59,753 bases of DNA from Candidatus Atribacteria bacterium (GCA_029556475.1 JAKQEP010000076.1:1-59753); one strand, 5' to 3'; counted from the first letter of the stretch, positions 28,923 to 39,088 are shown. Notes: a model not told the origin generated them from the sequence alone. Numbers and translations are program-made.

Positions 28923-29962
28923 TTTCTATGTTCCTCCTGTATCAGGTACCTATATGTTATTACTTTGATTGCAGCCGCAAGTGGTATGGCAAATAATACG
29001 CCTAAAAAACCTAAAAGACCTCCAAAAATCAAAACTGAAAAGATGATAGTTAAGGGGTGCAATCCCAATTCTTTCCCCAGTATTTTTGGGTTTAACCAGA
29101 ATGCTTCGATCTGATTTACAGCAATGAATATAGCAGTTACCATAATATAAACAGACCAGGGTTTACCTATGGTAAAAAACAAGGATAAAACCCAGCCAAC
29201 AATTGGCCCAAAATAAGGAATAAAATTTAATATTCCTGATATCATACCAATAATAAGAAAGAATTTTATTCTTAACAGATAAAGGCCAAAGGTAATCAAC
29301 ACTCCTACCAAAAAGCAGACAATAAGGCGTCCCCTGATAAAATTGCTTAATATTTTATCAATTTCTATAACAATTTCTTTATAATCTTTTTTACTAGGAG
29401 GTGATACGAATATGAGTAAGTTGTCCTTAAGGAGGTCCATATCTATTAACAGATAATAAAGAATAAGAGGAATGATAAATATCCCAAAACCAAATTTTGT
29501 AACAAAAGATGATAAGGTAAATATTGCGATCCTGGAAAATGTCAACAGACTTTTTTGTATTTCTGTAAAAATATTGCCGATAAAAGTTTCCAGATTTTCG
29601 GAATCCATAATCCTGTTAAAAAAGGGTTCAAAAGAAAATAATATATTTTGAAGTCCTGCTAATAAGCCTGGAATTTCTTTATATAGCTGATTCAACTCAT
29701 TAATAGTATTGGGGATGATAAAAAATAAAAAGATAATCGTAAAAGATAATATAATCAAAAAGATTATTAAGATAGATATTGATTTTTTCAGACCTTTAGT
29801 GAGCAGAAAATTATAAAGGGGACTAAAAAAATAAGCTAGAAAAAGTGCCAAACTGAAATATATTAAAATCCAGTTTATCCTGTGCGCTACATAACAAAAA
29901 ATGAACAAAGCAACTATTAACTGTATTAAAAACCTGTTCTGTCTATCTATTAGTGAATACAA
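28916..29962 (-). CDS. AI-2E family transporter
   Basis: Multi-TM, IPYFGP, QIE...L.PKILG..LGLHP, G.LGVLFAIP. Confidence 0.9.
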   Translation of the reverse strand: MYSLIDRQNRFLIQLIVALFIFCYVAHRINWILIYFSLALFLAYFFSPLYNFLLTKGLKKSISILIIFLIILSFTIIFLFFIIPNTINELNQLYKEIPGLLAGLQNILFSFEPFFNRIMDSENLETFIGNIFTEIQKSLLTFSRIAIFTLSSFVTKFGFGIFIIPLILYYLLIDMDLLKDNLLIFVSPPSKKDYKEIVIEIDKILSNFIRGRLIVCFLVGVLITFGLYLLRIKFFLIIGMISGILNFIPYFGPIVGWVLSLFFTIGKPWSVYIMVTAIFIAVNQIEAFWLNPKILGKELGLHPLTIIFSVLIFGGLLGFLGVLFAIPLAAAIKVITYRYLIQEEHRNC

Positions 29963-30104
29963 TATTTTTCTTCCTATTTCTTAACAAATCTATAAAAAAC
30001 AAGACTGAATTATAATATACTATGATAGAATATTCATTATTCTCATTTCAGATTATTTGCGGGACCATCACTCACTTTCCAATATAATAACAAAATTATA
30101 GATA

Positions 30105-30458
30105 TGGTGGAGGCGGCGAGAATCGAACTCGCGTCCAGAGAACCGTTGATAAAAAACACTACGAGCGTAGTCTATGAACTTTTTTTGCGATACTTAATAC
30201 CCATAGACCGGTTTCAAGTATGCTATCCCCTAATTTTTCTCTGTATCAATCGGAGCGGTTGATACAGATATCCTGTTATATATTACACCTATAAAAAGCT
30301 CACAGGCATAGCCTTTTTACAGATGAGCAGCTTTATTAAGCTGCTAAAGCCAATTCGTAATCGTTGGCAGTTATTGTTTTTCCCGTTGTTTATCGAGGAC
30401 CAGGAACCTCGGCTCGCATTTCTTACCTCTGTTTTCCCTGTCGATACCTATCGCCCCC
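30105..30458 (-). ncRNA. ssrA: tmRNA, tag (A)ANDYELALAA
   Basis: 5' GGGGGCG pairs with 3' CGCCTCC-ACCA including the G3.U alanine determinant; T-arm GCGAGTTCGATTCTCGC; ATAACT resume context then tag ORF 30368-30336. Confidence 0.96.
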
Positions 30459-30921
30459 AAATCTTATTTTTTAATTCTCTTTCTGCTTCTCTCTTAATGG
30501 CTCTCTGGGTCAGATCTCTTCTTTTGTCATAAAGCTTCTTACCCTTTGCCAGAGCTATCTCTAACTTGGCATAACCATTTTTAAAATATAACCTAAGGGG
30601 AATCACCGTTACGCCTTTAGTCTCTATATTGCCTCTTATCTTATTTAATTCTCTCTTATTTAAGAGAAGTTTTCTATCTCTCTTTGGCTCCAGATTAAAT
30701 CTATTTCCAAACTGATATGGAGCAATATGCATATTAACAATATATAAATCGTTTCCCTTTAACTGAGCATAACTTTCTTTAATACTTACCTGACTATTCC
30801 TGATTGACTTAACTTCGGTTCCTTTTAAAACAAGACCAGCTTCGAAGCTTTCCAAGATATGGTAATCATGCCATGCTTTCCGGTTTACAGTAACAATTTG
30901 GAATTTTTCTTTCTCAGACAT
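30448..30921 (-). CDS. smpB: SsrA-binding protein
   Basis: NRKA, EAGLVLKGTEVKS, RKLLL, GKKLYDKR. ATG 30921 preferred because an extended -10 lies immediately upstream of the ORF-track TTG 30942. Confidence 0.97.
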   Translation of the reverse strand: MSEKEKFQIVTVNRKAWHDYHILESFEAGLVLKGTEVKSIRNSQVSIKESYAQLKGNDLYIVNMHIAPYQFGNRFNLEPKRDRKLLLNKRELNKIRGNIETKGVTVIPLRLYFKNGYAKLEIALAKGKKLYDKRRDLTQRAIKREAERELKNKIWGR

Positions 30922-30946
30922 CCAATTATCCCTTTGAACCAATTAA

Positions 30947-30955
30947 ATTATAACA
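30947..30955 (-). promoter_or_regulatory. Extended -10 promoter of smpB-ssrA
   Basis: TGtTATAAT ending 26 nt upstream of ATG 30921. Confidence 0.6.
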
Positions 30956-31025
30956 TATTTCCGCTTTTTTTACTATTTATAGTATCCAAAAACTAAATAA
31001 AGGTGTTAAAACATAACTAAATAAA

Positions 31026-32069
31026 TTAACAATTTCTTGATGCCCTCTTTAAGCGGTCCATAATGGCTCTCCCCATTCCAATATCTTCAAAATTTTCAGA
31101 AATTATTATATCACATTTTAATTCATCCAAAATTCTCAGCTGAGCATACAAATTACGGGCACAGGAATTAAGGTCTTTAGCTTCCCCAAGCACTTTAACT
31201 ATAAACCCGGAATATTTTTCCCGATTTTCCTGACAGGCAATCACTCCAACTTTTTTACCTTTATTTCTATGCTGTAAAGCTATCTTGCGAATCTTTTCAA
31301 TCATCTTCTCATCCTTATCTTTTACCAGTATTAGTTTAGCTAAAGGAGAATAGTGCCTACTTAGCATTCCTGGTGCTTTTTTTATTTTAATATGGTCATC
31401 GGCAATGATGATATCTGGAATTATCTTTTTTAAACTTTCAAAAGTAATACCACCTAATCTCAATATCTGTAAAGGGGACGTAGTGACATCCAATACTGTT
31501 GATTCAAGCCCTATTAAGGTTTCACCACTATCAATAATTATATCTATACTACCCTTTAAATCAGAAATTACATGCCAGGCAGTGGTGGGACTGGTATGAC
31601 TAAACAAATTAGCGCTGGGAGCCGCAATGGGTCGCCGAGCTTCTTTAATCAATCCCAATGCAACCTTATGATCAGGGATACGTATAGCAACAGTATCTAA
31701 CCCGGAAGTAACTATATCTGAAATTGATTTACTCTTTTTTAAAACCATAGTTAACGGACCTGGCCAGAATAATTCACCCAACGTCCTGGCAACATCCGGA
31801 AAAAATTCCACATAATCATATATCTCTTTCAGATTATAGATATGAACAATTAAAGGGTCATAAAAGGGTCTTTTTTTTGCTTGGAATATTTTTAATAGCG
31901 CTTCGGCATTTAAGGCATCTGCTCCTAGCCCATAAACTGTTTCAGTCGGAAATGCCACTAATCTGCCCTCTCTAATTGCCTGACCAGCAAGCTGTAAGTA
32001 TTTCCAATCAATATTATCAGGATCTATTTTTATAATTCTGGTATCTACACTGTTACTATATTCTTTCAC
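31026..32069 (-). CDS. sua5: L-threonylcarbamoyladenylate synthase, Sua5 (long) form
   Basis: FPTETVYGL, KKRP..PLIVH, FWPGPLT, APSAN, EST, PGM..RHY linker and SUA5 C-terminal domain. Confidence 0.95.
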   Translation of the reverse strand: MKEYSNSVDTRIIKIDPDNIDWKYLQLAGQAIREGRLVAFPTETVYGLGADALNAEALLKIFQAKKRPFYDPLIVHIYNLKEIYDYVEFFPDVARTLGELFWPGPLTMVLKKSKSISDIVTSGLDTVAIRIPDHKVALGLIKEARRPIAAPSANLFSHTSPTTAWHVISDLKGSIDIIIDSGETLIGLESTVLDVTTSPLQILRLGGITFESLKKIIPDIIIADDHIKIKKAPGMLSRHYSPLAKLILVKDKDEKMIEKIRKIALQHRNKGKKVGVIACQENREKYSGFIVKVLGEAKDLNSCARNLYAQLRILDELKCDIIISENFEDIGMGRAIMDRLKRASRNC

Positions 32070-32085
32070 ATTATCTCCTTATGCT

Positions 32086-32112
32086 AAAAAGAGCAGGAAA
32101 CTCCTGCTCTTT
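32086..32112 (-). terminator. Intrinsic terminator after the tRNA pair
   Basis: AAAGAGCAGGA-AAC-TCCTGCTCTTT hairpin with U5 tail on the minus strand. Confidence 0.75.
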
Positions 32113-32158
32113 AAGCATTTATAAACTGGGTCTGTAATAATTTCATTGTGCATATAAA

Positions 32159-32233
32159 TGGTGGCGCAAGGGGGAATTGAACCCCCGTTTGCTGATTGAG
32201 AGCCAGCTGAATTAACCACTATTCGATTGCGCC
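32159..32233 (-). tRNA. tRNA-Glu(CTC)
   Basis: GGCGCAA/TTGCGCC acceptor stem, anticodon arm GCTGG-CTCTCAA-TCAGC, GGTTCAATTCC T-loop, encoded CCA. Confidence 0.95.
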
Positions 32234-32242
32234 ACTATAAAT

Positions 32243-32316
32243 TGGCTGAGGGAGGTGGGGTCGAACCACCGCTCCCAGATCCAGAGTCTGGTGTCCTACC
32301 ACTAGACGATCCCTCA
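32243..32316 (-). tRNA. tRNA-Gln(CTG)
   Basis: TGAGGGA/TCCCTCA acceptor stem with U1-A72, anticodon arm CCAGA-CTCTGGA-TCTGG, GGTTCGACCCC, encoded CCA. Confidence 0.95.
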
Positions 32317-32341
32317 AAATTTTTATAGCTACAACAATAAT

Positions 32342-32369
32342 ATTTTACAACAAATTTTTTATAGGTCAA
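32342..32369 (-). promoter_or_regulatory. Sigma70-type promoter of the tRNA pair
   Basis: TTGACC-16-TAAAAT ending 26 nt upstream of tRNA-Gln. Confidence 0.6.
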
Positions 32370-32476
32370 GCCATTTCAATAAAGGACGAAAAATTTCAAC
32401 TTATTGTTACCGGTAATTATTGCTACATTTTATACTTTCAAGAGGTTTTTGTTTAAACTCTTTTACAATTATTCTT

Positions 32477-33994
32477 TTAATTTACTCTTTTACCATTATC
32501 AGGCTTAGGGAAAGTATATTCAGAATTTTTACTTAATTTACTAATTATTTTTTCTAATCTTTTGATATTTCTCTCTTTACCCAGTACTTCCATCAGGGCA
32601 AATAAGCTTGGACCAACGGTCTTACCAGAGAGCGAGACACGAGCAGGATGAATAATTTGTTTTCCTTTTAAATTTAACTGATGTGCCATTTCTCTCACTT
32701 TACATTCAATATTCTCCTCATCCCATTTATCTATCTCTTTAAGTTTATTTATCAACTGCTCTAATATGTCTTTTACCCCTGTTTGTTCTAATATTTTCGC
32801 CGCCTCTTCCTCTATGATAAAATCATCAGTGAAAAAATAATCCCCATATTCCAAAAATTGTTTAAAATTTCTTGCTCTACTTTTCATAAGTGAAACAACT
32901 TTTCTAAGCCATTTCTCTTTTTTTTCACTTAAAGGCAGTTCAATATACCTCGCTTCTATGAGAAAAGGTATTAACATTTCTACATATTTTTCATCAGATA
33001 ATCTTTTTAAATGTTCATTATTAAACCAGTTTAATTTTTCCATGTTGAAAATTGCGGAATGATGGGATATTTTTTCTAAAGCGAAACTTTCCACTAATTC
33101 TTTTATAGTAAAAATTTCCTGATTAGTTCCTGAAGACCAGCCTAAATGTGCAATATAGTTAACAACTGCCTCTGGCAAAAAACCCATTTTCTGATATTCT
33201 ATAACAGAAGTTGCACCATGTCTTTTGCTCAACCTGGTATTGTCTGGACCCATAATCATAGGAATATGAGCAAATTCGGGAAGAGGGATTCCCAAAGCCT
33301 GATAGATAACAATCTGCTTTGGTGTATTAGAAATATGGTCATCCCCGCGCATAACTAATGACACCTTCATTAAAATATCATCAACCACTGCTGCAAAATT
33401 ATAGGTTGGTATTCCGTCAGATTTTATTATTACAAAATCACTGAGCAATTTACTATCAAATTCCATTATTCCTTTAATTAAATCATCTACTACAATTTGC
33501 CTATCAGGCATTTTTAGTCTGATTGCCGGTTTTTTACCCTCTTTTATTAATTGTTTCTTTTCATTATCACTTAAATTCAAACATTTGCGATCGTAAATGG
33601 ATGGTCTTCCTTCTGCCAACTTCTTCTTACGTCTCTCTGCAAGTTCCTCCGCACTGCAAAAACAATAATAAGCCTCTCCACTTTCTAACAATCTATCTAT
33701 AAATTTTTTATATAAATCCAGCCTCTCTGTTTGAAAATACGGCCCATATTCTCCGTCCTTTTCTGGCCCTTCATCCCAATCAAGGCCAAGCCATTTCATT
33801 CCATCTAAAATAGCATTAACGGCTTCAGGAGTAGACCTTGCCCTATCAGTATCTTCTATTCTTAAAATAAATGTTCCACCATAATGCCTGGCGTAGAGCC
33901 AATTAAATAGAGCTGTTCTGGCACCTCCAATGTGGAGGTATCCTGTCGGACTTGGAGCAAATCTTACTCTAATATTTTTGTTCTCAATCCCCAT
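32477..33994 (-). CDS. gltX: Glutamate--tRNA ligase
   Basis: RFAPSPTG.LHIGG, RIEDTD, CFC zinc region, RGDDH, LSKR. Confidence 0.98.
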   Translation of the reverse strand: MGIENKNIRVRFAPSPTGYLHIGGARTALFNWLYARHYGGTFILRIEDTDRARSTPEAVNAILDGMKWLGLDWDEGPEKDGEYGPYFQTERLDLYKKFIDRLLESGEAYYCFCSAEELAERRKKKLAEGRPSIYDRKCLNLSDNEKKQLIKEGKKPAIRLKMPDRQIVVDDLIKGIMEFDSKLLSDFVIIKSDGIPTYNFAAVVDDILMKVSLVMRGDDHISNTPKQIVIYQALGIPLPEFAHIPMIMGPDNTRLSKRHGATSVIEYQKMGFLPEAVVNYIAHLGWSSGTNQEIFTIKELVESFALEKISHHSAIFNMEKLNWFNNEHLKRLSDEKYVEMLIPFLIEARYIELPLSEKKEKWLRKVVSLMKSRARNFKQFLEYGDYFFTDDFIIEEEAAKILEQTGVKDILEQLINKLKEIDKWDEENIECKVREMAHQLNLKGKQIIHPARVSLSGKTVGPSLFALMEVLGKERNIKRLEKIISKLSKNSEYTFPKPDNGKRVN

Positions 33995-34069
33995 ATTTCC
34001 CCTCCGGCTGTATTTTTCTCTTTTTATATATCTATATATCTTACTGATTTAACATTATAATATTTTACT

Positions 34070-35008
34070 TTATTCCAATAACTCATCTAAAGGAACAATT
34101 ACAACACCAGCTGGTGTTAAAATTGATTTTAACTCCCTGAGCACCTCAATGGTATTGCAATAAGGATGTCCAATTGCTATGGCGTTACCATATCTTAGAG
34201 CTGAATCTTTCAAAATGGTAACCTGATTTCGGATATAGTCAATATCCTGCTCATTGTCTAAAAAGACAGTGCGCTGAGCCGTCTTAATTCCCATTTCTTT
34301 ACTTAATTTGTAACCTACTGAATTAGGACTGGTCATACTATCTATAAAGAATAAATTTCTCTCTTTTAATTCATTCAGGACAATTCTCATTAAATAATTG
34401 TCTTCCGTGGCTTTTGAACCCATATGGTTGTTTACACCATCACTATATGGGATTTCCTCCAGATCTGCTAAAATCTTTGCCCTAATTTCCTGTTCATTCA
34501 TTGTAGTGAAGATTGCACCTTTACCAGGGTCAGTATTTGAATTATGCGGTTCCATAGGCAAATGTAACAAGAGAGTAAATCCTTTTTCTTTAGCCTTTTC
34601 TGCTACTATGTGGGTATGTGGTAAAAAGGGTAGCACAGATATAGCAACCGGGAAATTTAAATTCATAATCTGCTCCGCAATATCTTTATGATATCCAATA
34701 TCATCAATAATAATTGCCACTTTAGCTTTTATCTCGCTCCTCTTTCTATCTGTTAAAAATCTATCAAGCAAGGGTGTTTCTTTGCCTTTCTGCTCAAAAT
34801 ATTCAGGTAAAAAAAGTACCCGCTTTTCACTTACAGACTGCACCTGTTCTTGCTCAAGAGTCTCCTTGGGTTTGTATTTATTGTCAACAACCGATTTATG
34901 CCCAATATTATATTCATTGCTGTTTAAATTCAAAAATATCCCTAAAAGTAATATTAGAATTATAGAAAACAGTAAAGAGTAAAGATAATTCCACGATTTT
35001 TTCCCCAT
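34070..35008 (-). CDS. Divergent polysaccharide deacetylase (YibQ/DUF610-like)
   Basis: IIIDDIG, HLPMEP, NNHMGS, FIDS.T, FLDN, AIAIGHP; N-terminal TM. Confidence 0.9.
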   Translation of the reverse strand: MGKKSWNYLYSLLFSIILILLLGIFLNLNSNEYNIGHKSVVDNKYKPKETLEQEQVQSVSEKRVLFLPEYFEQKGKETPLLDRFLTDRKRSEIKAKVAIIIDDIGYHKDIAEQIMNLNFPVAISVLPFLPHTHIVAEKAKEKGFTLLLHLPMEPHNSNTDPGKGAIFTTMNEQEIRAKILADLEEIPYSDGVNNHMGSKATEDNYLMRIVLNELKERNLFFIDSMTSPNSVGYKLSKEMGIKTAQRTVFLDNEQDIDYIRNQVTILKDSALRYGNAIAIGHPYCNTIEVLRELKSILTPAGVVIVPLDELLE

Positions 35009-35020
35009 ATTAAGCCACCA

Positions 35021-36205
35021 CTACTCCACAGTAATTAAATCTTTCAGTAAATAGTTTATGGCAACATTTAGCTGCTCATCTTCTTCGGAGTCCTCCTGGC
35101 TGGTAACGTTAATATCTGGTTCAATGCCTATATTATTAATAACTCTGCCCTTTGGGGTATAGTATTCTGAGGTAGAAATGGTTACTGCGGAATTATCTGA
35201 TAAAGGATAGATCTGCTGAACTAATCCTTTTCCAAAAGATTGTTCTCCGATAGTAATACCTCTTTGGCTATCCTGTATTGCTCCCGCTACAATTTCCGAA
35301 GCACTCGCACTTCCTTTATTTATTAATATTACTAAAGGCCAATCGGGATAATCATTTCCATAGGAATGGTATACTTTGGTTGATTGATTTCTACTTTTTA
35401 TTTTCACTATATCCCCTTCTTTAACAAATTGACTGGCTACTTCTATTGAGGATTCCAAAAGGCCCCCCGGGTTATTTCTGAGATCTACTATGATACCCTC
35501 TAATGATAATTTAGTAAAATCATTTAAAACCTGCTTCAATTCTGGTACGGTATTGGCATTAAAAGTAGAAATTCTAATATAACCAACCTGGTTTTCTTCC
35601 AACAACTTTTCTTTGACTGCTTCTACTTCAATAGTATCCCTGATAACAGTTATTTCAAACAATTCCTCTTTATTTTCTCTTTTGATAGTGAGTGTAACCG
35701 GTACTCCTTTTTCACCGCGTAAAATATTAACGGCCTCATCCAGATTAATTCCTTTAGTAGATTCACCATCAATTTTTATTATCTTGTCGTTTGCTTTAAT
35801 TCCTGCCTGATAAGCAGGGGTATCTTCTATTGGTGAGATTACGGTTAGTTGTTCATCAACTATGGTAACTATAATTCCTAATCCATGAAAATGACCCATA
35901 AATAAATTTTCTTGCTCTCTTTGGAAGCTCATTGGATCCATATATCTGGAATATGGATCACCTAGCTCCTGCAACATTCCTTTTATAGCACCTGGCACCA
36001 GTTTGTTAATGTTTACATCCTGGTCAATAAATTCACTTCTGATAATACTTAAAACCTCTAAAAAAGGTTCCAGGTCATTAAAGATACTCTCATTTTGACT
36101 ATTTACAATTATCTTTGAGATAAGGGTAAAAAAGAGGATGCTACAAACAGCAATAATTATTATTGAATTTATTTTGAAACCTTTTCTTCTCATACCATTT
36201 ACCAT
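35021..36205 (-). CDS. ctpA: S41 carboxy-terminal processing protease with PDZ domain
   Basis: DPYSRY, GLGI, DLRNNPGG, SASASEI, FGKG.VQ. Confidence 0.92.
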   Translation of the reverse strand: MVNGMRRKGFKINSIIIIAVCSILFFTLISKIIVNSQNESIFNDLEPFLEVLSIIRSEFIDQDVNINKLVPGAIKGMLQELGDPYSRYMDPMSFQREQENLFMGHFHGLGIIVTIVDEQLTVISPIEDTPAYQAGIKANDKIIKIDGESTKGINLDEAVNILRGEKGVPVTLTIKRENKEELFEITVIRDTIEVEAVKEKLLEENQVGYIRISTFNANTVPELKQVLNDFTKLSLEGIIVDLRNNPGGLLESSIEVASQFVKEGDIVKIKSRNQSTKVYHSYGNDYPDWPLVILINKGSASASEIVAGAIQDSQRGITIGEQSFGKGLVQQIYPLSDNSAVTISTSEYYTPKGRVINNIGIEPDINVTSQEDSEEDEQLNVAINYLLKDLITVE

Positions 36206-36248
36206 CCAATTCTCTAAATTCCATCCATTATATCACAATAATCCATTT

Positions 36249-37502
36249 TTAAATCCACTCAAAGGGGTTCACTGGTTTTCCTTCTACTCTTACTTCAAAG
36301 TGCAATCTTGGCGAAGGTACACCCCCGCTGGTACCAACCTGCCCAATAATCTGTCCTTTTGAAACCTGATCGTTTATTTTTACTAAAATTTTGGATAAAT
36401 GGGCATATAAGGTTACCACATTACCACCATGATCCAGAATTATTATATCGCCATAACCTTTAACATTCCCAGTATAAATAACGGTGCCGAAGCTGGCACT
36501 TCGGACTGAATCCCCTAAAGGAGCACTTATATCAATTCCAGAATTAAAGACTAATGCATTTGAATCAGGTTGTTTTTGTTGTCCAAAATTAGAAATTATG
36601 GAACCATTTACTGGGATATGAAATATTCCTTTTTTAGGTTTTAAGGTTGGTTCTTTTTTCATAGTTTCAGTTCCTGGTTTAGCTTGAGTCTGAGTCCTTT
36701 CTTCAGCTTTTTGTTCTGCCTTTTTTGCTTTTTCTCTTTCCTGATAAGCAATCTCGATAATCTCTTTTATCTGTGCTGAAGACTTTTCTAATTCTTCCAG
36801 AACAACAAGTTGTTTTTTTCTTTCTTCATCAATTTTTACCAGATATTTATTCTTTGCCTCTAAGGACATTTCAATATTCTCTTTTTCTCGTGCTATCTCC
36901 TGTTCTAACATTTTTGTAATCTCTCTTTTATTGTACAAGCTGTCCCTTTGTTTTTTAACCAGTTCAACCTGCTCATTAACCTGTTTGATAACATCAGCAT
37001 CATTTTCTAATATCTGTTCTAAAAAATGATATCTATTTAAGAATTGTGAGAAATCCTTACTATTAATTAAAACAGCAAAATAAGATATGTTGTTATACTT
37101 ATAAAATTTTTTTAACCTATTTTTTAAAATTATTAACTGCAAATCAAGTTTATTCTGCTCAATCTCAAATTCTTCTTCCAGTTTTTTTATTTCTTTCAAG
37201 GTAGTTTCATAAGACTGTTTGGTAGATAATAATTCTTTCTCCGCAGAAGCAAGTAGTTCCAGGATTTTTTGTAAAGATTTCTGATAATCTACTTTCTCCT
37301 GTTTTAATCGCTCTATCTCCTTTTCTATATCCTTCTTTCGCTGTTCTATTTTATTCAGGTTATCCTGTTCTTGTTCAATATTAATTTCTTTATTTTGAGT
37401 AATACTAACTTCAACAAAAATTAAGATAAGGAAGAGAATATATAGCATAAGGGAAAATGTTTTATAATATCTTTTTCTGTAGGATTTGCCAAGTATTTTC
37501 AT
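36249..37502 (-). CDS. envC: EnvC-like murein hydrolase activator (coiled coil + degenerate M23)
   Basis: TM/signal, long coiled coil, NSGIDI (first metal His replaced by N), YAHL, LHFEVR; follows ftsX. Confidence 0.82.
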   Translation of the reverse strand: MKILGKSYRKRYYKTFSLMLYILFLILIFVEVSITQNKEINIEQEQDNLNKIEQRKKDIEKEIERLKQEKVDYQKSLQKILELLASAEKELLSTKQSYETTLKEIKKLEEEFEIEQNKLDLQLIILKNRLKKFYKYNNISYFAVLINSKDFSQFLNRYHFLEQILENDADVIKQVNEQVELVKKQRDSLYNKREITKMLEQEIAREKENIEMSLEAKNKYLVKIDEERKKQLVVLEELEKSSAQIKEIIEIAYQEREKAKKAEQKAEERTQTQAKPGTETMKKEPTLKPKKGIFHIPVNGSIISNFGQQKQPDSNALVFNSGIDISAPLGDSVRSASFGTVIYTGNVKGYGDIIILDHGGNVVTLYAHLSKILVKINDQVSKGQIIGQVGTSGGVPSPRLHFEVRVEGKPVNPFEWI

Positions 37503-38386
37503 AATTCCTCAAAACTTATTTTTCTAAGGGAGAGCATACTGCCAAAAACACCAATTGAAATACCTAAAAAAAGCAAAATTATACCGATTCTAATTAAAAA
37601 TTCATTCCCTGCCATAATTGGCAGGAAGGGAATTATCTCTTTAACCTGACCGATAAAGTATTGATAAGTTTTACTTAAAAAGAAAAAAGCAATTAGAGAA
37701 GAGAGAAATCCTTTTAGAAATCCTTCAATAATAAAAGGCCATCTTATAAACCAGCTGGTGGCACCAACAAGGGCCATTATTTCAATCTCCTGTTGTCGGG
37801 AGTGAACACTTATTTTTATTACACTAAACATAATGAGGATGGCAATAGCAAGCAACACTAAAATTATCCATAATCCTATTTTTCGTACAAAATTGAATAT
37901 TGACATTAAACTCTTAGTTAATTCCCCTCCATAATTGACCTCTTCTATTCCCTTGTACTGACTGAGCAGAGACGCTATCTCCTCTAGATAGCCAGTTTCA
38001 TAAACCTTAATTTCTAAAGAAGAAGGTAGCGGATTTTCTGGCAAACCAGCTAAAATATCTTCATGTTCAGCTAAATCTTCTTTTAATTTTTGTAAGGCTT
38101 CCTCCTTTGAAATATAATGTACTTCTTTCACTCCTTTTAGATTACTGATCTCTTCTACTAACTTTTTAATTTCTTCTTCAGTAAAATTATCTTTAAAATA
38201 AGCAATAGCAATTAATTGTGATTCAATATTAGCGATAAAGAGGTCTATGTTTAGTGATATCACCAGGAAAATTCCTACAATGATAAGGGTCGCAGTCAGA
38301 CAAATCACAGTAGCTAAACTGATAACACTATTTTTTTTAGTGCTAAGAAAAGCTTCTTTGATATAAAAAAGGGTACTTCTAATCAT
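37499..38386 (-). CDS. ftsX: Cell division permease FtsX
   Basis: ISKEEAL, NPLP.S, R..EIEIMALVGAT.WFIRWPF..EG. Confidence 0.95.
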   Translation of the reverse strand: MIRSTLFYIKEAFLSTKKNSVISLATVICLTATLIIVGIFLVISLNIDLFIANIESQLIAIAYFKDNFTEEEIKKLVEEISNLKGVKEVHYISKEEALQKLKEDLAEHEDILAGLPENPLPSSLEIKVYETGYLEEIASLLSQYKGIEEVNYGGELTKSLMSIFNFVRKIGLWIILVLLAIAILIMFSVIKISVHSRQQEIEIMALVGATSWFIRWPFIIEGFLKGFLSSLIAFFFLSKTYQYFIGQVKEIIPFLPIMAGNEFLIRIGIILLFLGISIGVFGSMLSLRKISFEEL

Positions 38387-39066
38387 TGCTTAGCATAAAT
38401 TCCTTTCCTGGCATCAGAAACAACCTCACCCTGTACTAATCTGATTACCCGTTTTTGAGCCTTATCTACCATCAATTTATCGTGTGAGGCAACTATAACG
38501 GTTGTACCCCAGACATTTATCTTAAATAGTAATTTCATTATTTCCCAGGAAGTTTCCGGATCCAAATTACCTGTTGGTTCATCTGTTAGCAATATTAGTG
38601 GACGGCTAACTACAGCTCTGGCAATACACAATTTTTGTTGTTCTCCTCCAGAAAGTAAGTGAGGATAAGTATTTTTCTTTTCATAAAGTCCAATGATATC
38701 CAGAACTTCGTTTACCTTCTGTTTGATAATAATATTTTTTGTACCAACTACTCTTAAGCTAAATGCCACATTCTCAAATACATTCCTATCGTATAACAGT
38801 TTAAAGTCCTGAAAAACAATACCAATTTCTCTTCTTAAATAAGGCACTAAAGATAGTTTTAGCCGGGATAGATTAACCCCATCAACTATAACCTGCCCTT
38901 TACTGGGAAGTATCCCCCGGTAAACTAATTTCAACAAAGTTGTTTTACCGGCGCCGGTTGGCCCCACTAAAAAAACAAATTCTCCCTTTTTAACATGAAG
39001 ATTAATATCCCATAGGGCATGTATCTTATTAGGAAAAGTTTTAAAAACATGAAACATCCGTATCAA
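38383..39066 (-). CDS. ftsE: Cell division ATP-binding protein FtsE
   Basis: GPTGAGKTT, RREIGIVFQDFKLL, LSGGEQQ, DEPTGNLDP; overlaps ftsX start. Confidence 0.95.
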   Translation of the reverse strand: MIRMFHVFKTFPNKIHALWDINLHVKKGEFVFLVGPTGAGKTTLLKLVYRGILPSKGQVIVDGVNLSRLKLSLVPYLRREIGIVFQDFKLLYDRNVFENVAFSLRVVGTKNIIIKQKVNEVLDIIGLYEKKNTYPHLLSGGEQQKLCIARAVVSRPLILLTDEPTGNLDPETSWEIMKLLFKINVWGTTVIVASHDKLMVDKAQKRVIRLVQGEVVSDARKGIYAKQ

Positions 39067-39088
39067 AAGTTCTTCATTTCCTTTCTAA

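Noticed and set aside
29963-30104. Island integrated at the tmRNA 3' end (also checked at the tRNA 3' ends)
   Set aside because: No integrase, no duplicated 3' fragment, and housekeeping genes follow
30323-30532. 69-aa plus-strand ORF
   Set aside because: Antisense to tmRNA and smpB
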